Shown one piece after another: positions 45,918 to 56,532 of a DNA stretch of 64,000 bases. The notes under the pieces were generated by a model, which saw only the letters and a list, made by a program, of their open reading frames with translations, had not been told where the DNA came from and ran no database searches. Each line of letters begins with the position of its first letter. Positions within the stretch are counted from its first letter, which is position 1. Origin of the DNA: Candidatus Omnitrophota bacterium (GTDB lineage Bacteria; Omnitrophota; Gorgyraeia; Duberdicusellales; 4484-171); the NCBI GenBank assembly GCA_014729775.1, contig WJJJ01000007.1, forward strand, positions 94,302 through 158,301, in the 5' to 3' direction. A program made the translations under genes and the position numbers.

Positions 45918-47114
45918 ATGAATAAAGGACTGGTGCAGAAGCAGTTGGCGGCTTTTCGCGAACACGCGGTAGAGGTGCTTCCCGAGGAAGCGCTTACCGA
46001 AAAAATCACAAAAGCCGTCCGGGAAGAGAAACCGCTGAAGCTCAAAATCGGCTTGGATCCTACCGCGAGCGATATTCATTTTGGTCATACCGTCGTCTTA
46101 AGAAAGCTCCGGAAATTGCAGGATTTCGGGCATCAGGTATACCTTATAATAGGGGATTTTACGGCGCGGGTCGGTGATCCTTCCGGCCGGACGCAGCTGC
46201 GGCCGGTATTAAGCGAGGAGGAAATACGCCGGAACGCCGAAACCTATACCAGCCAGGCGTTCAAAGTTCTTGACCGGAATCGTACCTGCGTGCGGTGGAA
46301 CAGCGAATGGTTTTCTTCGATGTTGCTGTCCGATTTTTTCCCTTTGCTGGGAGTGTCCACCGTGGCGAGGATGCTTGAACGCGATGATTTCGCTCAGCGG
46401 ATGGATCAAAAGAAACCGTTGTCGTTATCGGAGCTGGTATACCCTCTTATCCAGGGGTATGATTCCGTGAAAATCCAAGCCGACGTAGAATTCGGCGGGA
46501 CTGATCAGACCTTCAATCTGTTCATGGGAAGGCAGATGCAGGAATATTTCGGCCAGGTTCCTCAGGCCGTGATTACCATGCCGTTGCTCGTCGGGCTGGA
46601 CGGGAAAAATAAAATGTCGAAGTCGCTCGATAATTATATCGGGATTACTGAAGAGCCCGGCACCATGTTCGGAAAAACAATGAGCGTTTCCGATGAGGTG
46701 ATGGAGGAATACGCGCGTCTGTTGACCGATTTCCCGGAAGAGGAATTGAGATCAATGCATCCCAAAGAAGCAAAACTCGCACTTGCCGGGAAACTGGTGG
46801 CACAGTATCATTCGGACGCGGAGGCGGCTGCTGCGCGAAAGGAGTTTGAACGGGTATTCTCGGCACGCGGACTGCCGCAGGATATCCCGGTGTATGAGAG
46901 CGGAGCAAGGCGGGTGGATTTGATCGAAGCGTTGTCCCTCAGCGGGACCGTACCTTCCAAAAATGAAGCCCGGCGTCTATTTGCGCAGAAGAGTGTCTCT
47001 CTGCTGGCCGGCGACGCGGCGGTTACTTTGGAGGATCCGGTACAGGAGCTCCCGCCTGAAGGGGTTACCCTGAAAATTGGCAAAAAACGCTTCCTGCGGA
47101 TTGTCCCAAAATAA
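45918..47114 (+). CDS. tyrS: Tyrosine--tRNA ligase
   Basis: HIGH-type motif HFGHT, KMSKS motif, and C-terminal S4-like domain. Confidence 0.9.
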   Translation: MNKGLVQKQLAAFREHAVEVLPEEALTEKITKAVREEKPLKLKIGLDPTASDIHFGHTVVLRKLRKLQDFGHQVYLIIGDFTARVGDPSGRTQLRPVLSEEEIRRNAETYTSQAFKVLDRNRTCVRWNSEWFSSMLLSDFFPLLGVSTVARMLERDDFAQRMDQKKPLSLSELVYPLIQGYDSVKIQADVEFGGTDQTFNLFMGRQMQEYFGQVPQAVITMPLLVGLDGKNKMSKSLDNYIGITEEPGTMFGKTMSVSDEVMEEYARLLTDFPEEELRSMHPKEAKLALAGKLVAQYHSDAEAAAARKEFERVFSARGLPQDIPVYESGARRVDLIEALSLSGTVPSKNEARRLFAQKSVSLLAGDAAVTLEDPVQELPPEGVTLKIGKKRFLRIVPK

Positions 47115-47118
47115 ATTC

Positions 47119-47146
47119 TTGAAATATAAATAAGGATTGATATAAT
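47119..47146 (+). promoter_or_regulatory. Sigma70-like promoter TTGAAA-16-TATAAT upstream of gap-pgk-tpiA-secG
   Basis: TTGAAA at 47119-47124, TATAAT at 47141-47146. About 90-nt leader with a GGGAGG RBS before the gap ATG. Confidence 0.45.
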
Positions 47147-47238
47147 AAACGGCCAATAGGGGAGGTCTTCACGCGAACTCGCCGTATCAGGAACGTCTCA
47201 CACAAGGCGCAGGAAATACACACAAAAAGGGAGGAACA

Positions 47239-48240
47239 ATGGCAGTAAAAGTAGGAATTAACGGGTTTGGACGTATCGGAAGACTGGTGTTTCGGGCTGC
47301 GATGGAGCAGGGCATTTCTGATATCGAGATCGTTGCGGTCAACGATTTGACCGACTCGGCGACGCTGGCGCATCTTCTTAAATATGATTCGAATTTCGGT
47401 ATTTTTCCCTACGAGATCAAAGAGGAATCCGACGGATTTTCAGTCAACGGCAAAAAGATTAAAGTTTTGTCCGAGAAAAACCCGGCCGATCTTCCGTGGA
47501 AAGATCTCGGCGTGGAAGTAGTAGTGGAATCGACCGGACTCTTCCGCGACGCGGAAAAGGCCGGCGCGCATCTGAAGGGCGGCGCCCAGAAAGTGATCAT
47601 TTCCGCTCCGGCCAAAGGCGGGGTCCCCACCTTCGTGCTGGGAGTGAACGAAGACTCTTTTGACGCGTCCAAGGATACGATCGTGTCCAACGCTTCCTGT
47701 ACGACGAATTGTATCGCTCCCGTGGTGAAGGTGATTCAGGATACGCTGGGAGTCGAACGGGGATTAATGACGACCATACATTCCTACACGAACGATCAGA
47801 AAATATTGGATTTGCCGCATAAAGATCTGCGCCGCGCCCGCGCCGCCGCGATTTCCATGATTCCCACGACGACCGGAGCGGCGAAGGCGGTCGGGTTGGT
47901 CATGCCGGAACTGAAAGGGAAAATGGACGGCTTGGCGATTCGCGTGCCCACGCCTACGGTTTCTCTCGTTGACGTGGTACTGCAGGTGAAAAAGGAAGCA
48001 ACGAAGGACGAAGTCAATTCATTGCTGGAAGAGGCGGCAAACGGAAAGCTGAAGGGAATCCTGGGAGTGAGCCGGGAAGAACTGGTTTCGGTTGATTACA
48101 AGAAGAATCCCTTATCTTCGATCGTCGACGCCGGCCAGACGTTCAGTTCCGGGAGTATGGTAAAGATCCTTTCGTGGTACGATAACGAATGGGGCTATTC
48201 GTGCCGCATCCTGGATTTGATTAAGTACATGAATAAATAA
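47239..48240 (+). CDS. gap: Type I glyceraldehyde-3-phosphate dehydrogenase
   Basis: NGFGRIGR Rossmann motif and catalytic SNASCTTNC motif. Confidence 0.95.
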   Translation: MAVKVGINGFGRIGRLVFRAAMEQGISDIEIVAVNDLTDSATLAHLLKYDSNFGIFPYEIKEESDGFSVNGKKIKVLSEKNPADLPWKDLGVEVVVESTGLFRDAEKAGAHLKGGAQKVIISAPAKGGVPTFVLGVNEDSFDASKDTIVSNASCTTNCIAPVVKVIQDTLGVERGLMTTIHSYTNDQKILDLPHKDLRRARAAAISMIPTTTGAAKAVGLVMPELKGKMDGLAIRVPTPTVSLVDVVLQVKKEATKDEVNSLLEEAANGKLKGILGVSREELVSVDYKKNPLSSIVDAGQTFSSGSMVKILSWYDNEWGYSCRILDLIKYMNK

Positions 48241-48258
48241 CGCCGATTCGGAGGACGT

Positions 48259-49440
48259 ATGAAAAAAAGAACACTCAAGGATATCGAGCTGAACGGGAAA
48301 CGGGTAATTGCGCGCGTTGATTTCAATGTGCCCTTACAGGAAGACGGATCGATCAGCGATGATGCCCGTATCCAGGCGGCGCTGCCGACTATTCGCTATA
48401 TTCTTGAGCAGAATCCGGCTAAGCTCATTTTAATGAGCCACCTGGGCCGGCCGAAAGGGAAAGCGGATGATTCTCTGCGGATGGATCCGGTTGCCCGGCG
48501 TCTTTCCGAACTTTTGGGAGAAAAAGTAGAAAAGACCGAGGATTGTGTCGGTCCCGAGGCGGAGAAAAAAATACGGGAAACAGGTGCGCGGGTCGTGGTG
48601 CTTGAGAATCTCCGGTTCCATCCGGAGGAAAAAGCGGGGGACAAGGAGTTCGCGCAGAAGCTGGCGTCCTACGCGGACGTCTACGTCAACGACGCATTCG
48701 GAACGGCGCACCGGGCCCACGCGTCCACCACGATCATTGCCCAGTACCTGCCTTCGTGTCTCGGGTTCCTGATGGAAAAGGAAGTAAAATTCCTTTCCTC
48801 CGCGCTCAATCCTCAAAAACCTTACGTGGTGATCCTCGGCGGAGCGAAAGTGTCGGACAAAATCGAAGTGATTTCTCAGCTTATGAAGAGCGCGGACACG
48901 ATTCTGATCGGCGGGGCGATGGCCTATACTTTTTTGAAAGCAAAAGGTGAATCCGTGGGCGCCTCGCGGGTGGAAAATGAAAAACTCGAGGTTGCGGCGC
49001 ATATCTTGCAGGAGGCCGGACAGAAGGGCGTGAAGATCGTGCTTCCGGTCGATCACCTGGTCGTGGAAAAGCTTGATGCGCCGGCAAGTGCCAAGACCGT
49101 TGAGAGCATTCCCGAACAGACAATGGGGGTGGATGTGGGCCCGAAGACGGTGGAGCTGTTTGAAGCCGAACTGAGAAATGCGAAAACAGTACTGTGGAAC
49201 GGGCCGTTAGGAATATTTGAAACTGCCGAATACGCCGCCGGAACGGAAAAAATTGCCGGATTCTTAGGGAAATTGAAAGAGGCGGTAGTGATCGTCGGCG
49301 GAGGAGATTCAGCCTCGGCGGCGAAACAGTTTCGGGTGGCTCACCAATTGAATCACGTGTCGACCGGCGGCGGGGCATCACTTGAATTCCTTGAGGGGAA
49401 AACGCTTCCCGGGATTGCCGCGGTCGCGGAAAAAGAATAA
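48259..49440 (+). CDS. pgk: Phosphoglycerate kinase
   Basis: Conserved PGK motifs (RVDFNVP, ILMSHLGRP, GGGASLE). Confidence 0.95.
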   Translation: MKKRTLKDIELNGKRVIARVDFNVPLQEDGSISDDARIQAALPTIRYILEQNPAKLILMSHLGRPKGKADDSLRMDPVARRLSELLGEKVEKTEDCVGPEAEKKIRETGARVVVLENLRFHPEEKAGDKEFAQKLASYADVYVNDAFGTAHRAHASTTIIAQYLPSCLGFLMEKEVKFLSSALNPQKPYVVILGGAKVSDKIEVISQLMKSADTILIGGAMAYTFLKAKGESVGASRVENEKLEVAAHILQEAGQKGVKIVLPVDHLVVEKLDAPASAKTVESIPEQTMGVDVGPKTVELFEAELRNAKTVLWNGPLGIFETAEYAAGTEKIAGFLGKLKEAVVIVGGGDSASAAKQFRVAHQLNHVSTGGGASLEFLEGKTLPGIAAVAEKE

Positions 49441-49461
49441 CGCGAAAGGGAAGGGAATAAA

Positions 49462-50220
49462 ATGAGAAAACCGCTGATTGCAGGAAACTGGAAAATGCAT
49501 AAGATCGTATCGGAAGCGGTTGAATTAACGAAGAATATCGTTCAGGGGGTTGCGGATGTTTCCGCGGCGGATGTGCTGGTGTGTCCTCCGTTTACCGCGC
49601 TGGCCCCGGTATATAAAGAGCTTGAATCAAGTTCGGTGCAGCTGGGTGCGCAGAACGTGCACTGGGAAACACAAGGCGCATTTACCGGGGAAGTTTCTCC
49701 TCTTATGGTGAAAGATGCCGGGTGTGAGTATGTGATTGTCGGGCATTCCGAACGCAGACAGTACTTCGGGGAGACTGATCAGACGGTCAATAAAAGGCTT
49801 AATGCCGTGCTGGGCGTCGGACTCATTCCCGTGCTTTGTATCGGGGAGAGTTTGCAGGAACGCGAAGCGGAGCAAACCTCTACCGTGATTGAAAAACAGC
49901 TCCGGGACGGGTTGAACGGTATTTCGGAAGAGGACGCGCGGCAGATGGTCATTGCCTATGAGCCGGTGTGGGCGATCGGTACCGGGAAAACCGCGACGCC
50001 GGAGCAGGCCGGAGAAGTGCATCACGCGATACGCGCCTGGCTGAGCGAAGCGTATTCCCAGGAATGCGCGGCGGGCATCCGGATCCTTTACGGAGGCAGC
50101 GTCAAACCCGGGAATATCGGGGAGTTGATGACAAAAGAAGATATCGACGGTGCGCTTGTCGGCGGAGCTTCGCTGACCGCCGATTCGTTCGTGGGAATCG
50201 TAAAGAACGCGATACAATAG
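49462..50220 (+). CDS. tpiA: Triose-phosphate isomerase
   Basis: IAGNWKMH, VGHSERR, and AYEPVWAIGTG motifs. Confidence 0.95.
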   Translation: MRKPLIAGNWKMHKIVSEAVELTKNIVQGVADVSAADVLVCPPFTALAPVYKELESSSVQLGAQNVHWETQGAFTGEVSPLMVKDAGCEYVIVGHSERRQYFGETDQTVNKRLNAVLGVGLIPVLCIGESLQEREAEQTSTVIEKQLRDGLNGISEEDARQMVIAYEPVWAIGTGKTATPEQAGEVHHAIRAWLSEAYSQECAAGIRILYGGSVKPGNIGELMTKEDIDGALVGGASLTADSFVGIVKNAIQ

Positions 50221-50222
50221 CC

Positions 50223-50621
50223 ATGTATACTTTTTTCTTTTTCCTTCACATTCTGGTAGTGATTTGCCTGTTGGCTGTGATTTTAGTTCAGCGCGGCCGA
50301 AGCGGCGGCCTGGTCGAGGCGCTTGGGGGCGTAGAATCGATATTCGGTACCAAGACCAGCAGTTTTTTCGTCAAGGCGACCGTGATTTTGGCAATTCTTT
50401 TTTTTGGAACCTCGATTACGCTGGCGTATCTTTCCAAAGAGCGGGGCCGGTCACTGATGAATCGGGTTCCGGCGTCGGTGTCTCCGGGCGAGAAAACCGG
50501 CCAAATTCCCGCAGCCGAAGAAGAAACTTTTCCTTCGACCACTTCCGGCACAGGCGCCCCAGAGGATACGGCAAATGAGGTCCGGCAACACCAGGAAAAT
50601 TCTGCATCCGAAGCTGAGTGA
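50223..50621 (+). CDS. secG: Preprotein translocase subunit SecG (with polar C-terminal extension)
   Basis: Internal ATG 2 nt after the tpiA stop. N-terminus FFLHILVVICLLAVILVQRGRSGGL...LFFGTSITLAYL matches SecG. The ORF-track N-terminal extension is rejected. Confidence 0.75.
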   Translation: MYTFFFFLHILVVICLLAVILVQRGRSGGLVEALGGVESIFGTKTSSFFVKATVILAILFFGTSITLAYLSKERGRSLMNRVPASVSPGEKTGQIPAAEEETFPSTTSGTGAPEDTANEVRQHQENSASEAE

Positions 50622-50644
50622 ATTCCGGGACCGGTGAAATATTC

Positions 50645-50673
50645 TTGACATAATTTCTTCCCTATGTTAAATT
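50645..50673 (+). promoter_or_regulatory. Possible sigma70-like promoter TTGACA-17-TAAATT upstream of the TPR gene
   Basis: TTGACA at 50645-50650, TAAATT at 50668-50673. Confidence 0.3.
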
Positions 50674-50681
50674 AAGAAAAA

Positions 50682-51515
50682 ATGAAAAGGTTTCTGGCAA
50701 TTCTTTTCTTCTCCGTTTTTCTTTCCTTACCCGCCGCGCACGGGCAGACCAGTGATGCGATGCAGGAACAGGCCCGTCAATACCGCGAGGCAGGATATCG
50801 TCATCAAAGCGCAGGGGACCTTCAGCGGGCGCTTCAGTACTATCAGAAAGCAGTGCAGATGGATCCCACCTACGCGGAAGTCGTGAATGATTTGGGCGTG
50901 GTCTATGAGGCGATGGGGGATCTGGGACGCGCGGAAGAATTATACAAAAAGACATTAACTATTGATTCTTCGTATTTACCCGCTTACACGAACTTGGCGT
51001 TTCTTTACGAGAAAAAGGGAGATGTGACCGAAGCGACGTACTATTGGAAAAAACGTTACGAACTGGGGAATAAAGGCGAATATTGGCGTGAGGTCGCCCG
51101 GCAGCATCTTCTCCGGCTCGGCACATATCCCCAGATCCGGCAGGAAATGCTCGAGAAAAAGGCGGCTCGTCTCTCGAAAGAGATGGTGTATCAGCGTGAA
51201 CAAAAACGCTTACAGAGGAACCAGGAAGCGAAATTACATTATGACATCGGCACCAATCTCGTGATCAACGGCGATTATTCGCAGGCGCTCAAAGAATTTC
51301 GAACCGCTCTCGCCACCAACCCTCCGGATAAGGAATTGATGGAAAAGATCACCGATGCTTATCAAAAAACGGAACGGATCTATATCCGGGAACAGGCGCT
51401 TCACGATACGGAGGAAGCGTTGAATTCGATAAAAGACGAAGATTTCCTTGCGGCAGGAGAAAAACTCAAGGATGCGCTTTCAGCCGTGTTCCGTATTGCC
51501 CGAGAAGAACAATAA
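50682..51515 (+). CDS. TPR-repeat protein with signal peptide
   Basis: Signal peptide MKRFLAILFFSVFLSLPAAHG and several TPR-like repeats (ALQYYQKAVQMDP..., AYTNLAFLYEKKGD). Confidence 0.65.
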   Translation: MKRFLAILFFSVFLSLPAAHGQTSDAMQEQARQYREAGYRHQSAGDLQRALQYYQKAVQMDPTYAEVVNDLGVVYEAMGDLGRAEELYKKTLTIDSSYLPAYTNLAFLYEKKGDVTEATYYWKKRYELGNKGEYWREVARQHLLRLGTYPQIRQEMLEKKAARLSKEMVYQREQKRLQRNQEAKLHYDIGTNLVINGDYSQALKEFRTALATNPPDKELMEKITDAYQKTERIYIREQALHDTEEALNSIKDEDFLAAGEKLKDALSAVFRIAREEQ

Positions 51516-51650
51516 TATACCAGCCTTTTTCACTTTTAAATCAAATGGTTTTCTTTCTTCAGGCAGCGTAATGTAAAGGAGGCCCTTAACCGTAGCGGAT
51601 TCTTTCTCTTCTGCGCGACGTTCGCGTGTCCCTGAGTATTTCTGACCTCC

Positions 51651-54158
51651 ATGTCAAAACAAAAAACCATTTATCTCCTCGACGGGACTTCGTTATGTTA
51701 TCGTGCGTTTTACGCGCTCCGGCTTTCAAATTCAAGGGGGTTTCCCACCGGAGCCGTATACGGGATGTATCAAACGCTCAAAAAAATAATCGATAAATAT
51801 CATCCGGAGTATCTCGCGGTCTGCTTCGATGTGTCCCGCAAAACGTTCCGTACGGAAAGATACGAGCAGTATAAAATTCAGCGGCCTCCCTTGCCCGATG
51901 AATTCAAAATGCAGATTCCGATAATTAAAAAAATGATTTCACTGTTGGGTTTGCGGATCGTAGAGAGGGAAGGATTTGAGGCCGATGACGTGATCGCTTC
52001 TCTTGCCGAAACGGGCAGGGAGCAGGGAGGCAAGGTGGTAATCGTCAGTTCGGATAAGGACATGTACCAGCTTCTGGATAATGAAAAGGTCATTATTTAC
52101 TCGCATCAGAAGGATGAATTTATTTCCGAAGGTTCATTCAGAAAAAAATGGGGATTCGCACCGGTGCGGATGATCGACTATCTGTCACTGGTCGGTGACA
52201 GCTCCGATAACGTTCCCGGGGCGAAAGGGATCGGGAAAGTCGGTGCGAAAAAACTGCTGAAAGAGTATTCTACGATCGAGGATATTTTCGCCAGGATTGA
52301 TCAGGTGCCGGCGAGGACTCGGACCCTGCTGGAAGAGAGCAGGGACGATATTCTGCTCAGTAAAGAATTGATCACCCTTCAGCCGTGTGAAATGAAGCTT
52401 ACGCTTAAGGATCTGCGCGTACAGGATCCCGACGCGGAGGAATTGTTTCACTTGTTTCAGGAAATGGAGTTCAAAAAACTGCTTAAGGATCTGCCGCGGA
52501 CCGGGAAGGCTTTTGTACCGGAAGTGAAGTCGGGTGTTCCGGAAACGCTGTTTTCCCGCGTCGGGACCATTGCCTTGTATTTCACGCGGGAAAAAGGATT
52601 CGTGTACGATCCCGCGGATGAGTGCGTACGGGAAGATTCCCGTCTTTCCGTGGAGAAAGCGGTGCTGCGGACGCGGCGGGGAAGCCTCTCATCCTACGGG
52701 GTAAAAGAACAAATGAAATTCCTTGATGCTGCCTGCGCCGAGCGGGTGAGTTTCGACGTGAAGATCGCCGCCTATCTGCTTTCGCCCGAATCGGGCGGGT
52801 ACGACCTTTCAAGTCTCGCGGCGCGCTATCTTGAAATGCAGACGGGGGAACTGCCCCCGGCACACTATCCCTATTTTATCGGGCGGCTTACGTCTGTTTT
52901 TCAAGATGAACTGAAGAAACAGGGGCTAGATGAATTGTTTTCCGAAGTGGAAATGCCGCTGGTCGGCGTGCTCGCGCGCATGGAATCCCACGGGATTTCC
53001 GTCGATATTTCGATGCTGAAAAAACTTGAGACAAAGGTGAGTACGCGGGCACGGGTTCTGGAAGAAGAGATCTTCTCCGCCGCCGGACATGAATTTAATT
53101 TGAATTCTCCGGCTCAGGTGCAAAAAGTTTTTTTCGAAGAGCTGGGCATCCCTCCGGTCAAAAAGACAAAAACCGGGTATTCCACCAATGAGGAGGTCCT
53201 TACTAAACTCTCTCCGTCTTTTCCCATCGCGGAGTCCCTGCTGGAATTCCGCCAGTTGAATAAATTGCGTTCCGCGTATCTTCAGCCGTTAATCCGGCAG
53301 GTAAAAGAAGGGAAGGGGAAGCTGCACACGACTTTTCATCAGACTTCCACCCAGACCGGCAGGCTCTCCTCGGCGTCGCCGAACCTGCAGAATATACCTG
53401 TAAGGGGCGAGTTCTCCTTTCTCTTGAGAAAGGCTTTCGTCCCCTCGTTTCCTGAAGGCTATTTACTTTCCTGCGATTATTCGCAGATCGAACTCAGAAT
53501 TCTCGCCCATTTTTCGCAGGATCAGCGGCTGATGGATGCCTTTCGTACCGGTGCGGATATTCACCGGTATACGGCGTCGTTGCTGTTCGGGAAGCCGCAG
53601 GAAAAGGTTACCGCCCAACAGCGGGGAGTTGCCAAGCGGGTGAATTTCGGTATTCTTTACGGGATGAGTTCCTTCGGCCTCTCCCGGGAATTGAAGATCA
53701 GTCCTCAGGAGGCACAGCGGTTCATTGATGAGTATTTTGCCCGCTATCCCGGAGTGCAGGAGTTTATTGACCGTATTTACGCCGAAACGGAAACGCGGGG
53801 GTATGTGCGTACGCTGAGAGGGAGGAGACGCGCGCTGCCGGATATTACGCATCGCAATCCGCACGTACGGGATTTCGCCAGACGACAGGCAGTAAATACC
53901 CCGATTCAGGGCACCTCCGCGGATCTCATCAAATGTGCGATGGTGAATATCGACCGGCAGATGCGGCAGCGCCGGCTCACGGGAAAATTAGCGATTCAAA
54001 TACACGATGAATTGGTGTTTGATATTCCGAAGGAAGAACTTCGGGAAACTGCCCGGCTCGCGCGTACCTGCATGGAAGAAGGGCTGCAGTTACGGGTTCC
54101 GGTAGTCGCGAATGTGAAATACGGGCATAATTGGGCCGACATGGAAACACTGAAATGA
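51651..54158 (+). CDS. polA: DNA polymerase I
   Basis: N-terminal 5'-3' exonuclease motifs (LLDGTSLCYRAFYA, DDVIASLA). C-terminal family A polymerase motifs (DYSQIELRILAH, RRQAVNTPIQGTSADL, QIHDELVF). Confidence 0.9.
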   Translation: MSKQKTIYLLDGTSLCYRAFYALRLSNSRGFPTGAVYGMYQTLKKIIDKYHPEYLAVCFDVSRKTFRTERYEQYKIQRPPLPDEFKMQIPIIKKMISLLGLRIVEREGFEADDVIASLAETGREQGGKVVIVSSDKDMYQLLDNEKVIIYSHQKDEFISEGSFRKKWGFAPVRMIDYLSLVGDSSDNVPGAKGIGKVGAKKLLKEYSTIEDIFARIDQVPARTRTLLEESRDDILLSKELITLQPCEMKLTLKDLRVQDPDAEELFHLFQEMEFKKLLKDLPRTGKAFVPEVKSGVPETLFSRVGTIALYFTREKGFVYDPADECVREDSRLSVEKAVLRTRRGSLSSYGVKEQMKFLDAACAERVSFDVKIAAYLLSPESGGYDLSSLAARYLEMQTGELPPAHYPYFIGRLTSVFQDELKKQGLDELFSEVEMPLVGVLARMESHGISVDISMLKKLETKVSTRARVLEEEIFSAAGHEFNLNSPAQVQKVFFEELGIPPVKKTKTGYSTNEEVLTKLSPSFPIAESLLEFRQLNKLRSAYLQPLIRQVKEGKGKLHTTFHQTSTQTGRLSSASPNLQNIPVRGEFSFLLRKAFVPSFPEGYLLSCDYSQIELRILAHFSQDQRLMDAFRTGADIHRYTASLLFGKPQEKVTAQQRGVAKRVNFGILYGMSSFGLSRELKISPQEAQRFIDEYFARYPGVQEFIDRIYAETETRGYVRTLRGRRRALPDITHRNPHVRDFARRQAVNTPIQGTSADLIKCAMVNIDRQMRQRRLTGKLAIQIHDELVFDIPKEELRETARLARTCMEEGLQLRVPVVANVKYGHNWADMETLK

Positions 54159-54201
54159 GGACGCCGCTTCCATATGATGCCGGAGAAGGAGTGTGCGGGC
54201 G

Positions 54202-54795
54202 ATGACGGTAGTCGGTCTTACCGGCAGTATGGCTTCCGGGAAAAGTAAGGTCGCGGCGCAGTGGGCGCGGCGGGGAGCCGCCGTGTTCGATGCCGATGAT
54301 TGCGTGCATCGGCTGTATGCCGCATCCGGAAGCGAAGTGATGAAACAAATTGCGCAAGTATTTCCGCAGGCCTGCCACAAGGCAATAATTGACCGGGATA
54401 TCCTGAGGAAACTGGTCTTTGACCGGCCGGAAAATATGAAAAAGCTGGAAGAAATCGTGCATCCGGCGGTGCGCGCGGAGTTATGCCTGTGGATACGGCA
54501 ACAGAGAGCGCAGGCGCGCACGGCGGTGGCTGAAGTCGCGTTGCTGTATGAAAAAGATTGGCAGGGGTTGTTCGATAAAGTCGTAGTGGTGTGCGCGGAT
54601 CGTCCGCGGCAGCTGGAGCGTATCCGGAATATGCTGAACTGTTCCCGGGAAGATGCCCGCCGCCGCTTAAGTTTTTTTCTGTCCGATGATGAGAAAAGGA
54701 CTCTTGCGGATTATGTGATCGAGAATGACGGAAATGAACAGGATTTGCTGCACAAAGCGGATACTGTATGGGAACAAATAAAAATCAATGCGTAA
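54202..54795 (+). CDS. coaE: Dephospho-CoA kinase
   Basis: P-loop VGLTGSMASGKS. ATG at 54202 preferred over GTG at 54193 on RBS spacing. Confidence 0.85.
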   Translation: MTVVGLTGSMASGKSKVAAQWARRGAAVFDADDCVHRLYAASGSEVMKQIAQVFPQACHKAIIDRDILRKLVFDRPENMKKLEEIVHPAVRAELCLWIRQQRAQARTAVAEVALLYEKDWQGLFDKVVVVCADRPRQLERIRNMLNCSREDARRRLSFFLSDDEKRTLADYVIENDGNEQDLLHKADTVWEQIKINA

Positions 54796-54848
54796 GTGTT
54801 TCCTTCGGCGTGAGATCCGCGGGGACACGAATTTAAGGAGGAGCTCGT

Positions 54849-56114
54849 ATGAGTACAAGTATTGATCTTGCGAAGTTGAAAGGGATGAAGATCTCGGAAC
54901 TGGCGAAGATGGCGAAAGACCTGAAGGTGAACGGGATCAGCGGATTAAAAAAACAGGAGCTGATTTTTAAGGTTCTGCAGGCGCAGGTAGAAAAAGAGGG
55001 GCTTATGTTCGGCAGCGGTGTGCTGGAGGTCTTACCGGAAGGGTTCGGCTTTTTGCGCTCTACCAACTACAATTATCTGCCGTCGCCCGATGATATTTAC
55101 GTGTCGCCTTCGCAGATTAGAAAATTTTCATTGCGCACGGGTGACACGGTCAGCGGCCAGATACGTCCGCCGAAAGACAATGAAAAGTATTTCGCCCTGC
55201 TCAAAGTCGAGGCGGTAAATTTTGAGCATTCGGAAGAAGCGCGCAACCGTGTTCTTTTCGATAACCTTACGCCGATCTATCCCAAAGAACGGTTTATTCT
55301 GGAGACTACGCCGGAGGAGATGTCGAGTCGGATTCTCGACTTGCTTTGTCCCATCGGCAAAGGACAGCGGGGATTGATCGTTGCGCCGCCCTACAGCGGG
55401 AAAACCGTCCTTCTTCAGCGGGTGGCCAACGCCATTATGAAAAATTATCCGGATGTGATCCTCATGGTGTTATTGATTGACGAGCGGCCCGAAGAAGTGA
55501 CGGAAATGAAGGTGACCGTGAACGGAGAAGTGATGAGTTCGACCTTTGACGAGCCGGCTCAGCGCCATGTGCAGGTCGCCGAAATGGTGCTGGAAAAAGC
55601 CAAACGTCTGACCGAACATAAAAAGGATGTGGTCATTCTCCTTGACAGTATTACCCGTCTCGCCCGGGCCTACAATCTGGTCGAGCCTCATTCGGGCCGG
55701 ATTCTTTCCGGGGGAATTGATTCCAACGCCCTGCATAAGCCGAAAAGGTTTTTCGGCGCGGCCCGCGCCCTCGAAGAGGGCGGGTCTCTGACGATCCTTG
55801 CCACCGCCCTGATCGATACCGGATCGAGAATGGATGACGTGATTTTCGAGGAGTTTAAAGGGACCGGAAATATGGAAATTACCCTTGACAGAAGCATATT
55901 TCAGAGGAGAATATACCCTTCGATTGACATCAAAAGGTCGAACACCAGAAGGGAAGAATTGCTCATTCATCCCGATGAACTGCAGCGGATTTGGGTGCTC
56001 CGTAAAGCCCTGAATGAGCTGAACTCGACGGAGGCGCTGGAGTTGCTGATCGAAAAGCTGTCCAAAACCAAGAATAACGTGGAGTTTCTGCTTACGTTGA
56101 ACAAAAGCAAATAA
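54849..56114 (+). CDS. rho: Transcription termination factor Rho
   Basis: N-terminal Rho_N, OB-fold RNA-binding region (FGFLR), P-loop PPYSGKT, and RecA-like ATPase. Confidence 0.95.
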   Translation: MSTSIDLAKLKGMKISELAKMAKDLKVNGISGLKKQELIFKVLQAQVEKEGLMFGSGVLEVLPEGFGFLRSTNYNYLPSPDDIYVSPSQIRKFSLRTGDTVSGQIRPPKDNEKYFALLKVEAVNFEHSEEARNRVLFDNLTPIYPKERFILETTPEEMSSRILDLLCPIGKGQRGLIVAPPYSGKTVLLQRVANAIMKNYPDVILMVLLIDERPEEVTEMKVTVNGEVMSSTFDEPAQRHVQVAEMVLEKAKRLTEHKKDVVILLDSITRLARAYNLVEPHSGRILSGGIDSNALHKPKRFFGAARALEEGGSLTILATALIDTGSRMDDVIFEEFKGTGNMEITLDRSIFQRRIYPSIDIKRSNTRREELLIHPDELQRIWVLRKALNELNSTEALELLIEKLSKTKNNVEFLLTLNKSK

Positions 56115-56166
56115 GCGGCAGTGCCCGGTGCCGATCAGGTACGCGGAAATAGAGGAGGTGAACGCA

Positions 56167-56370
56167 GTGAAAGAGAAAGGACATCCGAAATATGAACAGG
56201 CGACGATTGTATGTGCCTGCGGGAATTCAGTGCATACAAGATCGACGAAAAAATCCATTCACGTCGAGATATGTGCAAAATGCCATCCTTTTTTTACGGG
56301 AAAACAGAAATTTGTCGATACCGAAGGGCGTGTTGATAAATTCCTTAAGAAATACGGCAAGAAAAAATGA
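56167..56370 (+). CDS. rpmE: 50S ribosomal protein L31 (Zn-ribbon type)
   Basis: GTG start 8 nt after AGGAGG. HPKY...CACGN...[12 protein letters not shown] matches L31. The ORF-track upstream start is rejected. Confidence 0.8.
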   Translation: MKEKGHPKYEQATIVCACGNSVHTRSTKKSIHVEICAKCHPFFTGKQKFVDTEGRVDKFLKKYGKKK

Positions 56371-56532
56371 GGTCATTTTTTGTCCCGTGCGAAGAAAATA
56401 CGGATCTGCACCGGGGGAGAATAACCGGAGAGACCCGGATGTCCGCGGGGGGAGTCTTCCGGAGATAATCCGGAGATGCGTTGCGGGCGAATTTCTGTGT
56501 AGAGTATGTTTCGCATCTTTGGAGTATGAAGG

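Noticed and set aside
45332-46045. 237-aa minus-strand ORF across the rpsA/tyrS junction
   Set aside because: It is antisense to two unambiguous housekeeping genes.
56371-56532. 160-nt rpmE-prfA spacer with repeated CCGGAG motifs as a possible structured RNA
   Set aside because: No convincing conserved helices or known riboswitch or leader consensus could be recognised by eye. It is left as an unexplained spacer.
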